In this document: in pieces, positions 19,086-28,668 of the stretch
Numbering within the stretch: position 1 is the first letter of the stretch
Layout of the letters: the number at the start of each line of letters is the position of its first letter
Source: Candidatus Bathyarchaeota archaeon
Lineage (GTDB): Archaea > Thermoproteota > Bathyarchaeia > Bathyarchaeales > Bathycorpusculaceae
DNA length: 64,000 nucleotides
Assembly: GCA_963811105.1 (NCBI GenBank)
Contig: CAWEPZ010000002.1
Coordinates: 128,001-192,000 of the forward strand
Direction of reading: 5' to 3'
Position numbers and translations under genes: made by a program
The notes under the pieces: generated by a model
Told to the model about the DNA's origin: nothing
The model's database searches: none
What the model saw: only the letters and a program-made list of their open reading frames with translations

Positions 19086-19979
19086 ACCGCAGAACCAAAT
19101 TCTTTCTGCCTAATCTGTAAAACCTCGATCAGAGTTGCCTGCATTTTTCTTGCATCCACGTCATTGATTGGTGATTCGCATATAATTGTTGGATGCATTT
19201 GGAAATCAGTAATTACCTCAGCGAGTTTGCGGAAATCTGGTCCATACCTTTTTTCGTCAAGAGGGTGATGTTGCTTTTCTCCTTGGCTGTTGAACTCGAT
19301 TGCAGAAAAATGGCAATGCATGTTTCTGAGGGTTTCTGTCCCGAGTCTCTCCTCAACTTTTTCAGCCACTGCCCGAAAATCCTCAACAGTTCTTAAAGGC
19401 GCCCAGACTTCTCGCATGCAAATGTCCCCAGTCCAGCACGAGCTGTGTGCCCTCAACTTCTTGACAGATAGTGAGGATTTCGTCTAAGCTGCCTACTTGG
19501 AATTTTCTGCCCATCGTTTCAGGTCCGAGCTTCACCTTCAAGCCAAGACTATTCATTTCGGCATTAACTTCCTTTAAGGCGTCAAGGCAGGTTTTAAAAG
19601 CAAACTCCTTTTCGAACCTACCGTAAAAGCCCATGTGAAAAACCAGCACGTAAGCTCCCATCCAGTCGGCTGCCGTCACGGCTGCAATTAACCGGCGTTT
19701 GCTCGCTTCTACAACCTCCTTTTTTCCTGACAAGTTAATGTAGTATGAACCATGCATGCTGAGCTTTACGTCGTTTTTCCTAGCTTCCTCGCCGAGTTTT
19801 ACTGCATGTTCCTGTTTTATTTGCGGTTTTTGACCCCACTGAACCGCTCCGTACTCAAAGGCGTCAAGCCCTTCCTCACGCAAAAGCCTTGGGACGTCAA
19901 GCGTTGTTGCTCCCATAAGCCTGAACATGGGTGGAACTCCTGCTGGACCAAAACGAGTATGCTCTGCCATTTTATTCAC
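19082..19979 (-). CDS. nfo: Endonuclease IV / AP endonuclease family 2 TIM barrel, with a 1-nt frameshift near 19395
   Basis: SMHGSYYINL, FHMG, PETMG, DWGHLHAR in ORF 19383-19979; HCHFS, HHPL, IICESP in ORF 19082-19456. Confidence 0.85.
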
Positions 19980-20041
19980 TCATACAATTAGGCTAGATTT
20001 ATTCAATATTCTTTCTCGTTTAAAAAGCGTAAGGATCTTAT

Positions 20042-20466
20042 TTAGAACATTTCTAACAAAAAAATTAATGCGCCGCTGATGACAGCGGCAACCCAAACAA
20101 TTAGGGTAGGCATCATGTACTTTTTGGCCGTGGCGCATCTCATTACAAACGAATAAAATGTAAGCCAAATAGCAATAAACGCAAATCCGGACAAAAATGC
20201 TGCCGAGCCTAAAATTTACATGAAGCCACGTGTTAAATGAGAATGCTATTGAAAGATCAAATATAGGATCAAAATTGTAAATTAGGTATGGAATCATAAG
20301 CACAAAAATTAGGACAGCCGGCAAAGCAAGCGAAACCGCTGTTGAGGTGCCATGCCTTTGAAGGTTCTTTTTGGCATTTAAGCCTCTTATAAGCGGCAAT
20401 CCGAGGACCAGCAAAAAACACTGCAACGATCGATAAGGCGAGAGTAATGCTTTCCATTGGTTCCAT
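20042..20466 (-). pseudogene. DUF420-like 4-TM membrane protein with two frameshifts
   Basis: Three frames join into MEPMESITLAL / QCFLLVLG...RHG...MIP...WLHV / ILGSAAFLSG...KKYMMPTLIVWVAAVISGALIFLLEMF*. Confidence 0.6.
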
Positions 20467-20574
20467 GAACAAACTTATTGCGCCTAAAAGCAAAGGCAAA
20501 TGCCACAGTCTAAATGTTTTCTCATCACATCTTTATCGATAAGCGCATCGGACAGCGGCTGCAGAAACCGTAAT

Positions 20575-21357
20575 TTACAGTAGCTGAACTATGGTTGGAA
20601 CATGCACAAAAACATAGACATAAACAGCTGTTGCTAAAATGCCGACAATTATTGCTAATAAAGCGTAGTCTCCGCGGTGAAGTTTCAATGCATAAAGATT
20701 AGTACGTTTCTTCGTGGCTCCCCATGCTCGGGACTCCATTGCTTCTGCCAACTCTAAGCTTCGGCGAATAGCACTCACAATCAAAGGAATCAGCACAGGC
20801 ACGTAATTCCTAATTCTCTTGAATATGCCCCCTTTTTCAAGCTCTAATCCTCGTGCTTTTTGTGCATCCATTATTGTCTGGGCTTCTTCCGCCAGTACAG
20901 GGACAAATCGCACGGCGGTGGTGAAGGCGAAGGCGAATTCGTATGGCACACGTGATTCTTCAAGTGCGAGGCCTAAATGGTCGGGTGAAGTGGTCAGGAA
21001 GAAAACGCTGAAAGATTCAACTAGCACCACAAAACGTAGCGTCAGAGCAACGGCGCTCTCTATACTAGCTGCTGTCAAAGTGTATCCTAAAGTGAAGTAG
21101 GTTGTTGCAACGTTAACCACAAAAATGAATGCTGCTAGAAAAGCTGCCCCTCGCAAGGATCGCAGCCACTGCCTTTGAACACGGGCCAACAAAACAAACG
21201 GAATCTGCATGCCGAACAGGATAAGCAAGGGAATAATTTGGATGAAGGTGATGGCGACTACGAATATGGCGATGACATAAGCGAATTTTATTCTAGGGTC
21301 TAGATTATGGATTGGAGAGTATACTTTCCTGAACTTTAAGCCGTCGAAAACACTCAT
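20575..21357 (-). CDS. ecfT: ECF transporter transmembrane T component
   Basis: LDPR, RFVP, AQKARG, AMESR motifs. Confidence 0.93.
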   Translation of the reverse strand: MSVFDGLKFRKVYSPIHNLDPRIKFAYVIAIFVVAITFIQIIPLLILFGMQIPFVLLARVQRQWLRSLRGAAFLAAFIFVVNVATTYFTLGYTLTAASIESAVALTLRFVVLVESFSVFFLTTSPDHLGLALEESRVPYEFAFAFTTAVRFVPVLAEEAQTIMDAQKARGLELEKGGIFKRIRNYVPVLIPLIVSAIRRSLELAEAMESRAWGATKKRTNLYALKLHRGDYALLAIIVGILATAVYVYVFVHVPTIVQLL

Positions 21358-22184
21358 ATTCGCATTTTACTCTCCTTAGACTTTAGGATTATTTGTTTGG
21401 CTTCGTAGATATCGATGATGTTTTTTGGAAAGCCAAGCTCTGAGAGTTTGGTAAAAACTTGGGCTATCTGCGGCAACACAATAGAAGATAGCTCCAGAAG
21501 TGCAGGGTTAGTTAGAATATCTTTTCCGATACCGTCGGCTACAAGTTTGCCTTCCTTCATCAAAATAACTCTTGGATTACATTCAGCCACAAACTCAACA
21601 TCGTGTGTGACAATTACAACGGTTTTCTGCTGCGTTTGCATCTGCAAAATGAATTGGCGCAACCTCTCTTTCTGTGCATGGTCTTGCCCGATTGTGGGTT
21701 CATCTAAAATCAAGGTTTTCGGATCCCAAGCTAAAACGGAAGCCAACGCCACACGTTTCCGCTCGCCTCCGCTTAGTAGGAAAGGTGAAGTTTTCCTGTA
21801 TTGAGTCAACGATAAAAGGTTCAAAGCCCAAGTTATCCGCTTCTCTATGACCTCTGCTTCAAATCCGAAATTCTTGAGGGCAAAAGCAATTTCGTCTTCA
21901 ACGGTTTCGCTGAATAGTTGGTGGTCTGGGTTCTGGAAAACAAAGCCGACGTTTCGAGCTAAGGCTGCAACACTAGTTTTAGTTGTTTCAACGCCGTCCA
22001 CACGAACTGTGCCGGTTGTGGGCTTGAGTAAGCCGTTGAAGTGTTTGACGAATGTTGATTTTCCCGCGCCGTTTTGCCCCATGATGGCGATGAATTCGCC
22101 GTCTTTTATGATTAGAGAGACGCCTTTGAGAGCTTCCACTTTGTTGGGATAAGAATAATGAATGTCTCGGGCCTCAATCACCAT
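21354..22184 (-). CDS. ecfA: ECF transporter ATPase A'
   Basis: GQNGAGKS, FQNPDHQLF, LSGGE, DEPT. Confidence 0.93.
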   Translation of the reverse strand: MVIEARDIHYSYPNKVEALKGVSLIIKDGEFIAIMGQNGAGKSTFVKHFNGLLKPTTGTVRVDGVETTKTSVAALARNVGFVFQNPDHQLFSETVEDEIAFALKNFGFEAEVIEKRITWALNLLSLTQYRKTSPFLLSGGERKRVALASVLAWDPKTLILDEPTIGQDHAQKERLRQFILQMQTQQKTVVIVTHDVEFVAECNPRVILMKEGKLVADGIGKDILTNPALLELSSIVLPQIAQVFTKLSELGFPKNIIDIYEAKQIILKSKESKMRI

Positions 22185-23029
22185 TATTTGAGCGCCTCTA
22201 AGAGTTGGTCGGCTAACTCTGCTGACGACAATGGTGTCGTGTTCCCAAGGTTTAAGCCCTCTTTCTTTAGCATTTGGTACAGCAATGTTGCTTTGGGAAT
22301 TCCTACACCGACTAAGCGGGTTTCTTCAGAGCTGAGGATTTCCCTTGGGGTTCCTTCAAATCGGACTTTTCCCTCGTCCATAACTATGAGGTGATTAGCA
22401 TATTTTGCTGTCAAATCCAATCTGTGCTCTACAAGAATAACAGTTATTCTTTGCTTTTTGTTTAAATCATAAATTACTTCAAAAATTTTCTCCGCGCTTA
22501 GAGGGTCAAGAAAAGATGTTGGTTCATCTAAAACGATGATTTCTGGCTCCATTGCCAAAACGGACGCTATAGCCACACGTTGCTGTTGTCCGCCTGAGAT
22601 TTCGTGAGGGGAGCGTTCTCGTAAATCGTAAATATCTGTTTGGTTTAATGCCCAATCAACCTTCTTGCGCATTTCGTTTCGAGGAAAACCCATGTTCTCT
22701 AACCCAAAAGCCACGTCCTTCTCAACTGAAAGTGAAAAAAGCTGATTTTCGGGGTTCTGAAATACTAAACCAACATGTTTAGCCATTTCATATGTATGAT
22801 GCTTAAGTGTATCTTCACCTGCAACAGTGATTTCACCTTTCAATTCACCCTGATAGAAATGGGGGACTAGTCCATTGAAGCATCGGCACAAGGTTGTTTT
22901 TCCACAGCCGCTTGGCCCCGTGATTAAAACAAACTCACCCTTCTCAACTTTGATTGAAATGTCTAAAATTGACGGTTTCGCCGCGCCAGGATAAGTGTAG
23001 GTAAGGTTTTTTGTTTCAATGATAGCCAT
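22184..23029 (-). CDS. ecfA: ECF transporter ATPase A
   Basis: GPSGCGKT, FQNPENQL, ISGGQQQR, DEPT. Confidence 0.93.
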   Translation of the reverse strand: MAIIETKNLTYTYPGAAKPSILDISIKVEKGEFVLITGPSGCGKTTLCRCFNGLVPHFYQGELKGEITVAGEDTLKHHTYEMAKHVGLVFQNPENQLFSLSVEKDVAFGLENMGFPRNEMRKKVDWALNQTDIYDLRERSPHEISGGQQQRVAIASVLAMEPEIIVLDEPTSFLDPLSAEKIFEVIYDLNKKQRITVILVEHRLDLTAKYANHLIVMDEGKVRFEGTPREILSSEETRLVGVGIPKATLLYQMLKKEGLNLGNTTPLSSAELADQLLEALK

Positions 23030-23080
23030 GTTTCTTGTGCCTGTATCCTTAAGCGTAAGAGTTTGCTCATTTAAGCGTAG

Positions 23081-24079
23081 CTACGCATTTTTGGACAAAT
23101 TTCGCTTCAATAATATTAGACATTGCTTTAATGTTGGCTCAATTTCTCCCATGCCGCTTACTCCTGCCGCCATAGCATGTCCTCCGCCGACTCCTCCCAG
23201 AAATTCGCCCAACGGTGACGCAACATCTTTTCCCAGGTTGACTCCTGTTTCCTCCGTAAATTGCCGTACGCAACGTAGGCTTATCTCAATTTTGCCGTTT
23301 TTCATCCCTGCCACCGCTGACACATGCGCTCCTAAATCAACAAGGGCTTTGGCCGCGGGAGCTTGATAGGCGCTGACGTGCGAGAGCGCGATTATCCAGT
23401 CCTTAATTCTTATGATTTTGGCTCGTTTGCAGGCTTTCAACTTGGCTAAACGCTCCGAAGCATCTATGGGTAAAGCAAACTGAGCTAAAGTTGCCTGAGC
23501 ATCAATGCCCTGCTTAACCAACTTAGACACAATTTGCAAGGTAGCGGAACTTGCTAATGCGAAATGCCTTGTATCAAAAGCTATGCCAACAAACAACGCC
23601 TTAGCCTCGTTAAAATCAGGTTTTGCTTTAGCTTGCCGAAACAGTTTATACACTATTTCGCAGTTAGCTGCTGCCTTGTCATCTAGAATGCACAATTTGC
23701 AGTTTTTCTTTGTTTCAGGATTTGGAAAATGATGGTCTATGATTATTTTCGGCGCCGCAGATTTCTGTATGATGTCTTCCACTAGATCAAGCTGGCCAAC
23801 TGTATTCATGTCAAGGAGAACTATGACGTCTGCGGATTCTATATTAGGCTTCAAGTTAACCGTGATTGGCATAAGCTCCAAAAGCACCTTAGACGGTTTA
23901 TTAATGCCCTGCGGACACCCAATCTCAACCACGACATTTGGCAAAAACCGCTTCAGTAAACTCTGAAGCCCATAAGCAGAACAAATAGCGTCAGCATCAG
24001 CGCTACGATGACAAAGCAAAAGGACAAAACCTGCTTGGCTATCCTTTAAAACTGTTATTAGTTTTTGAAAATCAGTCAT
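23081..24079 (-). CDS. DHH/DHHA1 family phosphoesterase
   Basis: HRSADAD, IIDHH, DT, SLR, GGGHAMAAG. Confidence 0.92.
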   Translation of the reverse strand: MTDFQKLITVLKDSQAGFVLLLCHRSADADAICSAYGLQSLLKRFLPNVVVEIGCPQGINKPSKVLLELMPITVNLKPNIESADVIVLLDMNTVGQLDLVEDIIQKSAAPKIIIDHHFPNPETKKNCKLCILDDKAAANCEIVYKLFRQAKAKPDFNEAKALFVGIAFDTRHFALASSATLQIVSKLVKQGIDAQATLAQFALPIDASERLAKLKACKRAKIIRIKDWIIALSHVSAYQAPAAKALVDLGAHVSAVAGMKNGKIEISLRCVRQFTEETGVNLGKDVASPLGEFLGGVGGGHAMAAGVSGMGEIEPTLKQCLILLKRNLSKNA

Positions 24080-24363
24080 TTTGTTTTTCTCAAATAGCTT
24101 TCACTGGCCTTATGCGCTTCAATAGTGGCTTCTTGAACCAGAGTCTTAGCATTGATTCCTTTAGCTTCCGGCGTTAGAGCAAGCTCTATTTCCACTGTTA
24201 CATTTACTGGTTTTGACCCTTCAGCTTCCACGCTGATGTTAAGTCTATCAACCATTTTGGAAGAAACTTTGGAGAGAACGTATTTTCGGGCCGCGCTCTC
24301 CGCAGTTGAACATAAAGTTTCAATTTGCTCAGTGGTTAGCTCTGGTATTCCCAGCTCTACCAC
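24076..24363 (-). CDS. DUF3194-like protein
   Basis: 95 aa, in the conserved archaeal position between pfdB and the DHH gene. Confidence 0.65.
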   Translation of the reverse strand: MVELGIPELTTEQIETLCSTAESAARKYVLSKVSSKMVDRLNISVEAEGSKPVNVTVEIELALTPEAKGINAKTLVQEATIEAHKASESYLRKTK

Positions 24364-24377
24364 AACAATGCACCTTT

Positions 24378-24752
24378 TTACGATGTTGGGGGCTGTGAAA
24401 CTGGACTTAAGTCTTCTTGGAGTTTGGTTTGCGATTCTTTAATTTGACTTCGCATTCGCTCTTCTTGTCTTGCCAAAACAGTGGTTCTTGTGTCCAAAAG
24501 CTCTTTGCGCTCAACAAGTTCTTCAGTTACCTTAGGCTTTTCTGCTTTAACCAATAATGAGCCGATTGCCTTGTAAATCACAGCCTCATCAGCTGTTTTT
24601 TGCAGTTCAGCAATGGTTTGCTCAACCTCTGTTTTTTCCATGTCAACCTGCTGTTTCTGCTGCAAAATTGTCTGTAAAGTTTGCTGCAGTTGCTGCAGTC
24701 TAAGAAGCCTTTCTTGCACGTTAGGCGGTAACTTTGAAAGTTCATCACTCAA
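24378..24752 (-). CDS. pfdB: Prefoldin beta subunit
   Basis: LPPNVQ, coiled coils, IYKAIGSLLVK hairpin. Confidence 0.95.
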   Translation of the reverse strand: MSDELSKLPPNVQERLLRLQQLQQTLQTILQQKQQVDMEKTEVEQTIAELQKTADEAVIYKAIGSLLVKAEKPKVTEELVERKELLDTRTTVLARQEERMRSQIKESQTKLQEDLSPVSQPPTS

Positions 24753-24832
24753 ATTTTATCCTTCCGTGTCTCAGCAATAAGATAAGCTCTTAATTAAGCA
24801 TTTCCAACAAACGCAATGCATAATTAAGCATG

Positions 24833-26125
24833 TTATGTGACTGTTTGGTTCCAATAGTAAACATTCTGGTAGCCACCACTAGCAACTGGATACGCTGGGT
24901 CTTCATATACTATGTCAAGGCTCACCCCATAACGAGCCAAGAGTGTACTAGTTGCTAACCCAATTTGCTGTGACCTGCCGTCGGTTAACCAGAAACCCCA
25001 AATAGTATCATTTGGAGACCGCATGCCCCACCCATAATTTTTCGGAAGCACCAACGCTGCTTCTGGCAAACTGTGGTCAACAAATTTCTTGTTGTTGATG
25101 TCGTTCCAAAATCTTTGAAGAGCAATGAACTGTTGATCCGTCATGACACCGTAATTGTTTCCCTGGACATAGGGGTAATTAAAAACTGCTATGTATTTTG
25201 CGCCTGCTTCATAAGAGGTTAACATTTGATTGTAAATTTCATCTCCACTATCAAGGTAAGGATCCTGGTTATATTTCCAAGTGATTATTGTACCCCACTC
25301 CTTGTTTTGAAGCCTTGCCGCACCTTTAACCAGAGCAATTTGTTCTGCCACACTACTGTTCCAGCCGAGCTCAGCAAACATAACATTGTAACCACCCAAA
25401 TAATTCCACCAATATAGGCAGTAGTCAGAAGTGAAGATGGGGATTCCCGCAGCAGTTAGGTTTTGGATTCCTGGATCTCCCCTAATGACGTCTTCTGTGA
25501 AGAAATGGGCTTCCAAATCATAGTTCTGCGGTTTAGTGCCGTTTTGGGCTGCGTCAAGCATTCGCAAGTAAATTTGGTATTGATCCCTTGCTGCAGGATG
25601 GTCAATTCGGGTTAAATTCTGTCCAATTATGTTAAAAACTTGTGCCCAGTTTGCATCAAGCTGAACCCCTCCAACCTCATCGTTATAGTAAACGCCAAGA
25701 AACTTGTCACCCCATCTTTCTGTCCACCGTTGCTTAATGGTATCAAGCGATTGGGTCTTCCAAAACCAAGTTAGATTTGCGCCACTTCGGTCAGTAATGT
25801 CTTTAATGCCAAGGTTAATGATTATGCTTAAGCTCTTGGAAACGGCGTAATCCCCGATTTCCTCCACTGCGGTTTGGTTTGCGCTGATTGGGTTTCTGCC
25901 AGAATCTAAAATAAACAGGTTCGTGTAGCTTTGAACTCTGTCAATCATCAGCTTGGCTTCTTGGGTGGTGTTTCCGCAGAATGCAACCCCGATGTATGCG
26001 CCTGGGTCAGGTTTGGATGTGTTTAGATTGGAATACACAAAAAATGTTGCCCCAACAGAAACCGTCAGAATGAGTATCAGCAAGGTAGGAATCAGATACT
26101 TCCTTACTTGTCTGAGACTGCTCAT
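24833..26125 (-). CDS. Membrane-anchored hypothetical protein, possibly glycoside-hydrolase-like TIM barrel
   Basis: N-terminal TM; GVYYNDEVGG, FTSDY, FAELGWN, YGWGMR. Confidence 0.7.
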   Translation of the reverse strand: MSSLRQVRKYLIPTLLILILTVSVGATFFVYSNLNTSKPDPGAYIGVAFCGNTTQEAKLMIDRVQSYTNLFILDSGRNPISANQTAVEEIGDYAVSKSLSIIINLGIKDITDRSGANLTWFWKTQSLDTIKQRWTERWGDKFLGVYYNDEVGGVQLDANWAQVFNIIGQNLTRIDHPAARDQYQIYLRMLDAAQNGTKPQNYDLEAHFFTEDVIRGDPGIQNLTAAGIPIFTSDYCLYWWNYLGGYNVMFAELGWNSSVAEQIALVKGAARLQNKEWGTIITWKYNQDPYLDSGDEIYNQMLTSYEAGAKYIAVFNYPYVQGNNYGVMTDQQFIALQRFWNDINNKKFVDHSLPEAALVLPKNYGWGMRSPNDTIWGFWLTDGRSQQIGLATSTLLARYGVSLDIVYEDPAYPVASGGYQNVYYWNQTVT

Positions 26126-26331
26126 AGGTTAAAACCTTTAACTAAAATGCAGACATCTCTCTTATCTCATTTACGTTAAATCAACCTATTAGCGCTTTAA
26201 CCTGTAAACGATCAGATTTCTGTCATGAGAGATGGTGATAATTTTCCAGGATCTTTTGTTCTAATTGACAATTCTTTTATATCTATTACTAACCCAGGTA
26301 TTGTACTAATTACGTTAAAGGACGCTTTTGA

Positions 26332-27414
26332 GTGGAAAAGGGGAACTTAGGTTCAAAAACCAGAATTATTCTTCCAGACGACATAATTCGCACCTTAGCA
26401 ATTTTTCTCGTTGTCCTCCTCCATGCATCGAACGAAGTCCTGGAAGCATCTTTAGTGCCAAGTGCATATTGGTGGACGGCAGTTGTCTACAAAAGCATAT
26501 CTCTATTCTGTGTTCCACTATTTGTTATTTTAAGCGGTGCTCTCCTGCTTCAACCAGCCAAATTAAGCGAGCCCATACGAGTCTTCCTTAAAAAACGGTT
26601 AAGCCGTCTAGGGTTAGCCTTTGTGTTTTGGAGCGCTATTTATTTGGCATGGGGATTCTTCATATCCCATACGCCTGTAACCCTCGATAATATTGGTAAA
26701 GGTATATTGTATGATTTGTTCAGCGGCGCCTATTACCATTTCTGGTTTATCTACCTTATAGTTGGCCTCTACTTGATTACGCCAATTCTAAGAGTAATAA
26801 TTTCTTGCGGAAGTGAGAAAATTCTGCGGTATCTGATTTTGCTCTGGTTTGTAGGCGTTGCAGTTGTGCCTATTTTAGAATTAGCCAGCGGATTAGCGCT
26901 GAACAGTAATGTCTTTGTATTTGGAGGTTGGATAGGGTACTATGTTTTAGGCACATACCTGCAACGAATAAAGGTGCGCTCTTCCATCCTGTTCGGGTTA
27001 TTAATTGCAGGATTTGCCACAACAATCTTTGGGGTTTGGCTAATGACTTACCCCTTAATTTCGATTGGGCAAAGTGACTTCTTTTTCGATTACCTCACTG
27101 CAAACGTAATCGTAGGCTCAGCCGCACTTTTTATGATTCTGATTAAGTTCCGTTCTGACTGGCCAGGATCCAACCACCCCGTTATCGGCAAAGTCGTCAC
27201 TGCCATCAGCAAAAACACTTTGCCTATCTTCCTCTTTCACGTCATAATTCTGGAGTCATTTCAAAGGGGGTTCTTCTTCGGCTTCAAACTAAGCTATACA
27301 ATATTAAATCCAATAATTGAAATTCCATTGATCGCTGTGTTAACGCTTTTCCTCACCCTTGGCTTGGTGCTATTGATGCGTAGAGTGCCCGTGCTCAAGA
27401 AACTTATAGGCTAA
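26332..27414 (+). CDS. Acyltransferase family 3 (membrane O-acyltransferase)
   Basis: DIIRTLAIFLVVLLH, VPLFVILSG, KKRLSR, HFWFIY; about 10 TM helices. Confidence 0.92.
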   Translation: MEKGNLGSKTRIILPDDIIRTLAIFLVVLLHASNEVLEASLVPSAYWWTAVVYKSISLFCVPLFVILSGALLLQPAKLSEPIRVFLKKRLSRLGLAFVFWSAIYLAWGFFISHTPVTLDNIGKGILYDLFSGAYYHFWFIYLIVGLYLITPILRVIISCGSEKILRYLILLWFVGVAVVPILELASGLALNSNVFVFGGWIGYYVLGTYLQRIKVRSSILFGLLIAGFATTIFGVWLMTYPLISIGQSDFFFDYLTANVIVGSAALFMILIKFRSDWPGSNHPVIGKVVTAISKNTLPIFLFHVIILESFQRGFFFGFKLSYTILNPIIEIPLIAVLTLFLTLGLVLLMRRVPVLKKLIG

Positions 27415-28098
27415 GCTTAAGATTTTATTGACTTGATATATTGTTTGTGCGATAATTTGATCGCCCTGAGCGTTAGGGTGCACTCCGTCTGAGAAATATT
27501 CCGGATAATTAGCCAGAGGCGTATAAACGTCAATTAGAGGTAAACCTAAGTCATTTGCAACTTGGTGTATACGGGGAATTATTTCTTGCGCGTAAGCGGT
27601 GCTGTTCAAACCAATTGTATTGTTAAAGATTGGCGGCGGGATAACCAGAAAAACCTGGGGTTGACTTATGAATCGTCTGGTTCCATTCATCATATGCTGA
27701 ATCATGTACTCGTAATTAGAGGTGAAATTTCCAATTGCTTCGTTAAGGTTGATTCTTGCATCGTTTGTCCCAAGCATAATAATAACTGTAGTCGGCAGAA
27801 AAGCTCTGGCATTTCTGTATTCATCGCTAAAATAGTACGTTCTGTCTGAATAGAAATTTATGGCTGCCCCATTATCGCCGAAGTTTTCCACAACCGAGTT
27901 TTTGCCAAGTAATGTCTGTAGATCCGATGGATACATTGTCATATTGGTGATGCTGTCTCCAAGGCATGCAACACGCTTTAATTTTCCAGAATCGCTAATA
28001 TTTGATTGTAGGCTTTGAGAAAAAACCGCGATTAAGCTCAAGGCTATGATTAGAATGGTTATAATCGCTGCAGAGATTGTTTTTCTTTTCGTGTTCAT
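27370..28098 (-). CDS. Membrane-anchored SGNH/GDSL esterase
   Basis: GDSIT, GTND, DGVHPN blocks; N-terminal TM. Confidence 0.92.
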   Translation of the reverse strand: MNTKRKTISAAIITILIIALSLIAVFSQSLQSNISDSGKLKRVACLGDSITNMTMYPSDLQTLLGKNSVVENFGDNGAAINFYSDRTYYFSDEYRNARAFLPTTVIIMLGTNDARINLNEAIGNFTSNYEYMIQHMMNGTRRFISQPQVFLVIPPPIFNNTIGLNSTAYAQEIIPRIHQVANDLGLPLIDVYTPLANYPEYFSDGVHPNAQGDQIIAQTIYQVNKILSLAYKFLEHGHSTHQ

Positions 28099-28279
28099 TG
28101 GGATCTTGCCATACGAGCCATTTGTTAACTTGGATGGGTTCGTGTAACTGAAAGGTTGAGGTATAGAGGTTTTTTTGCTTTGTGGTTTCTATAGATAAAA
28201 TGAAGAGAATCCTTGTCCTTGGTGAATGAAGTCTTTTTAAGCAATCCCAGTATTACCAAACATAAAGGGGACACCGCAA

Positions 28280-28651
28280 GTGGAACGTGCCAAGGTCGTA
28301 AAAGAAGAGTTGCTTCAACAAGATATGCGTTTTTTAGCAGTTTATGTTGAAGCTAAAAACTCCATCATGATAATGTTGAGCGAAAAAGAGGATAAGCTCG
28401 GAACTTTAGCAATCGCCGTTCCTAAACCCAAAGACATGATTGGCTCAGTCACTTCATCGGTGCTTTTAGGAGACAAAAATGTCATTTCGGCAAGAATGTT
28501 TGCTGAGTATGTTGCTTCTAAAAAAGGCAAAATCGCCATGGTTTCAGTCTACCTGGAAAAAATCGGCGAAATCCAAGCGCAAGAATTCTTTATGCACTTA
28601 ATTGAAAAGCTCATTAAAAGTGAAAGCCAAAAAGAGGCAACCACAACCTAA
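28280..28651 (+). CDS. Proteasome assembly chaperone 4 (PAC4)-like protein
   Basis: LGTLAIAVP...SSVLLG...ARMFAEYVASKKGKIAMVS resembles the PAC4/Poc4 core. Confidence 0.55.
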   Translation: MERAKVVKEELLQQDMRFLAVYVEAKNSIMIMLSEKEDKLGTLAIAVPKPKDMIGSVTSSVLLGDKNVISARMFAEYVASKKGKIAMVSVYLEKIGEIQAQEFFMHLIEKLIKSESQKEATTT

Positions 28652-28668
28652 CACAAGCTGAACTACTG

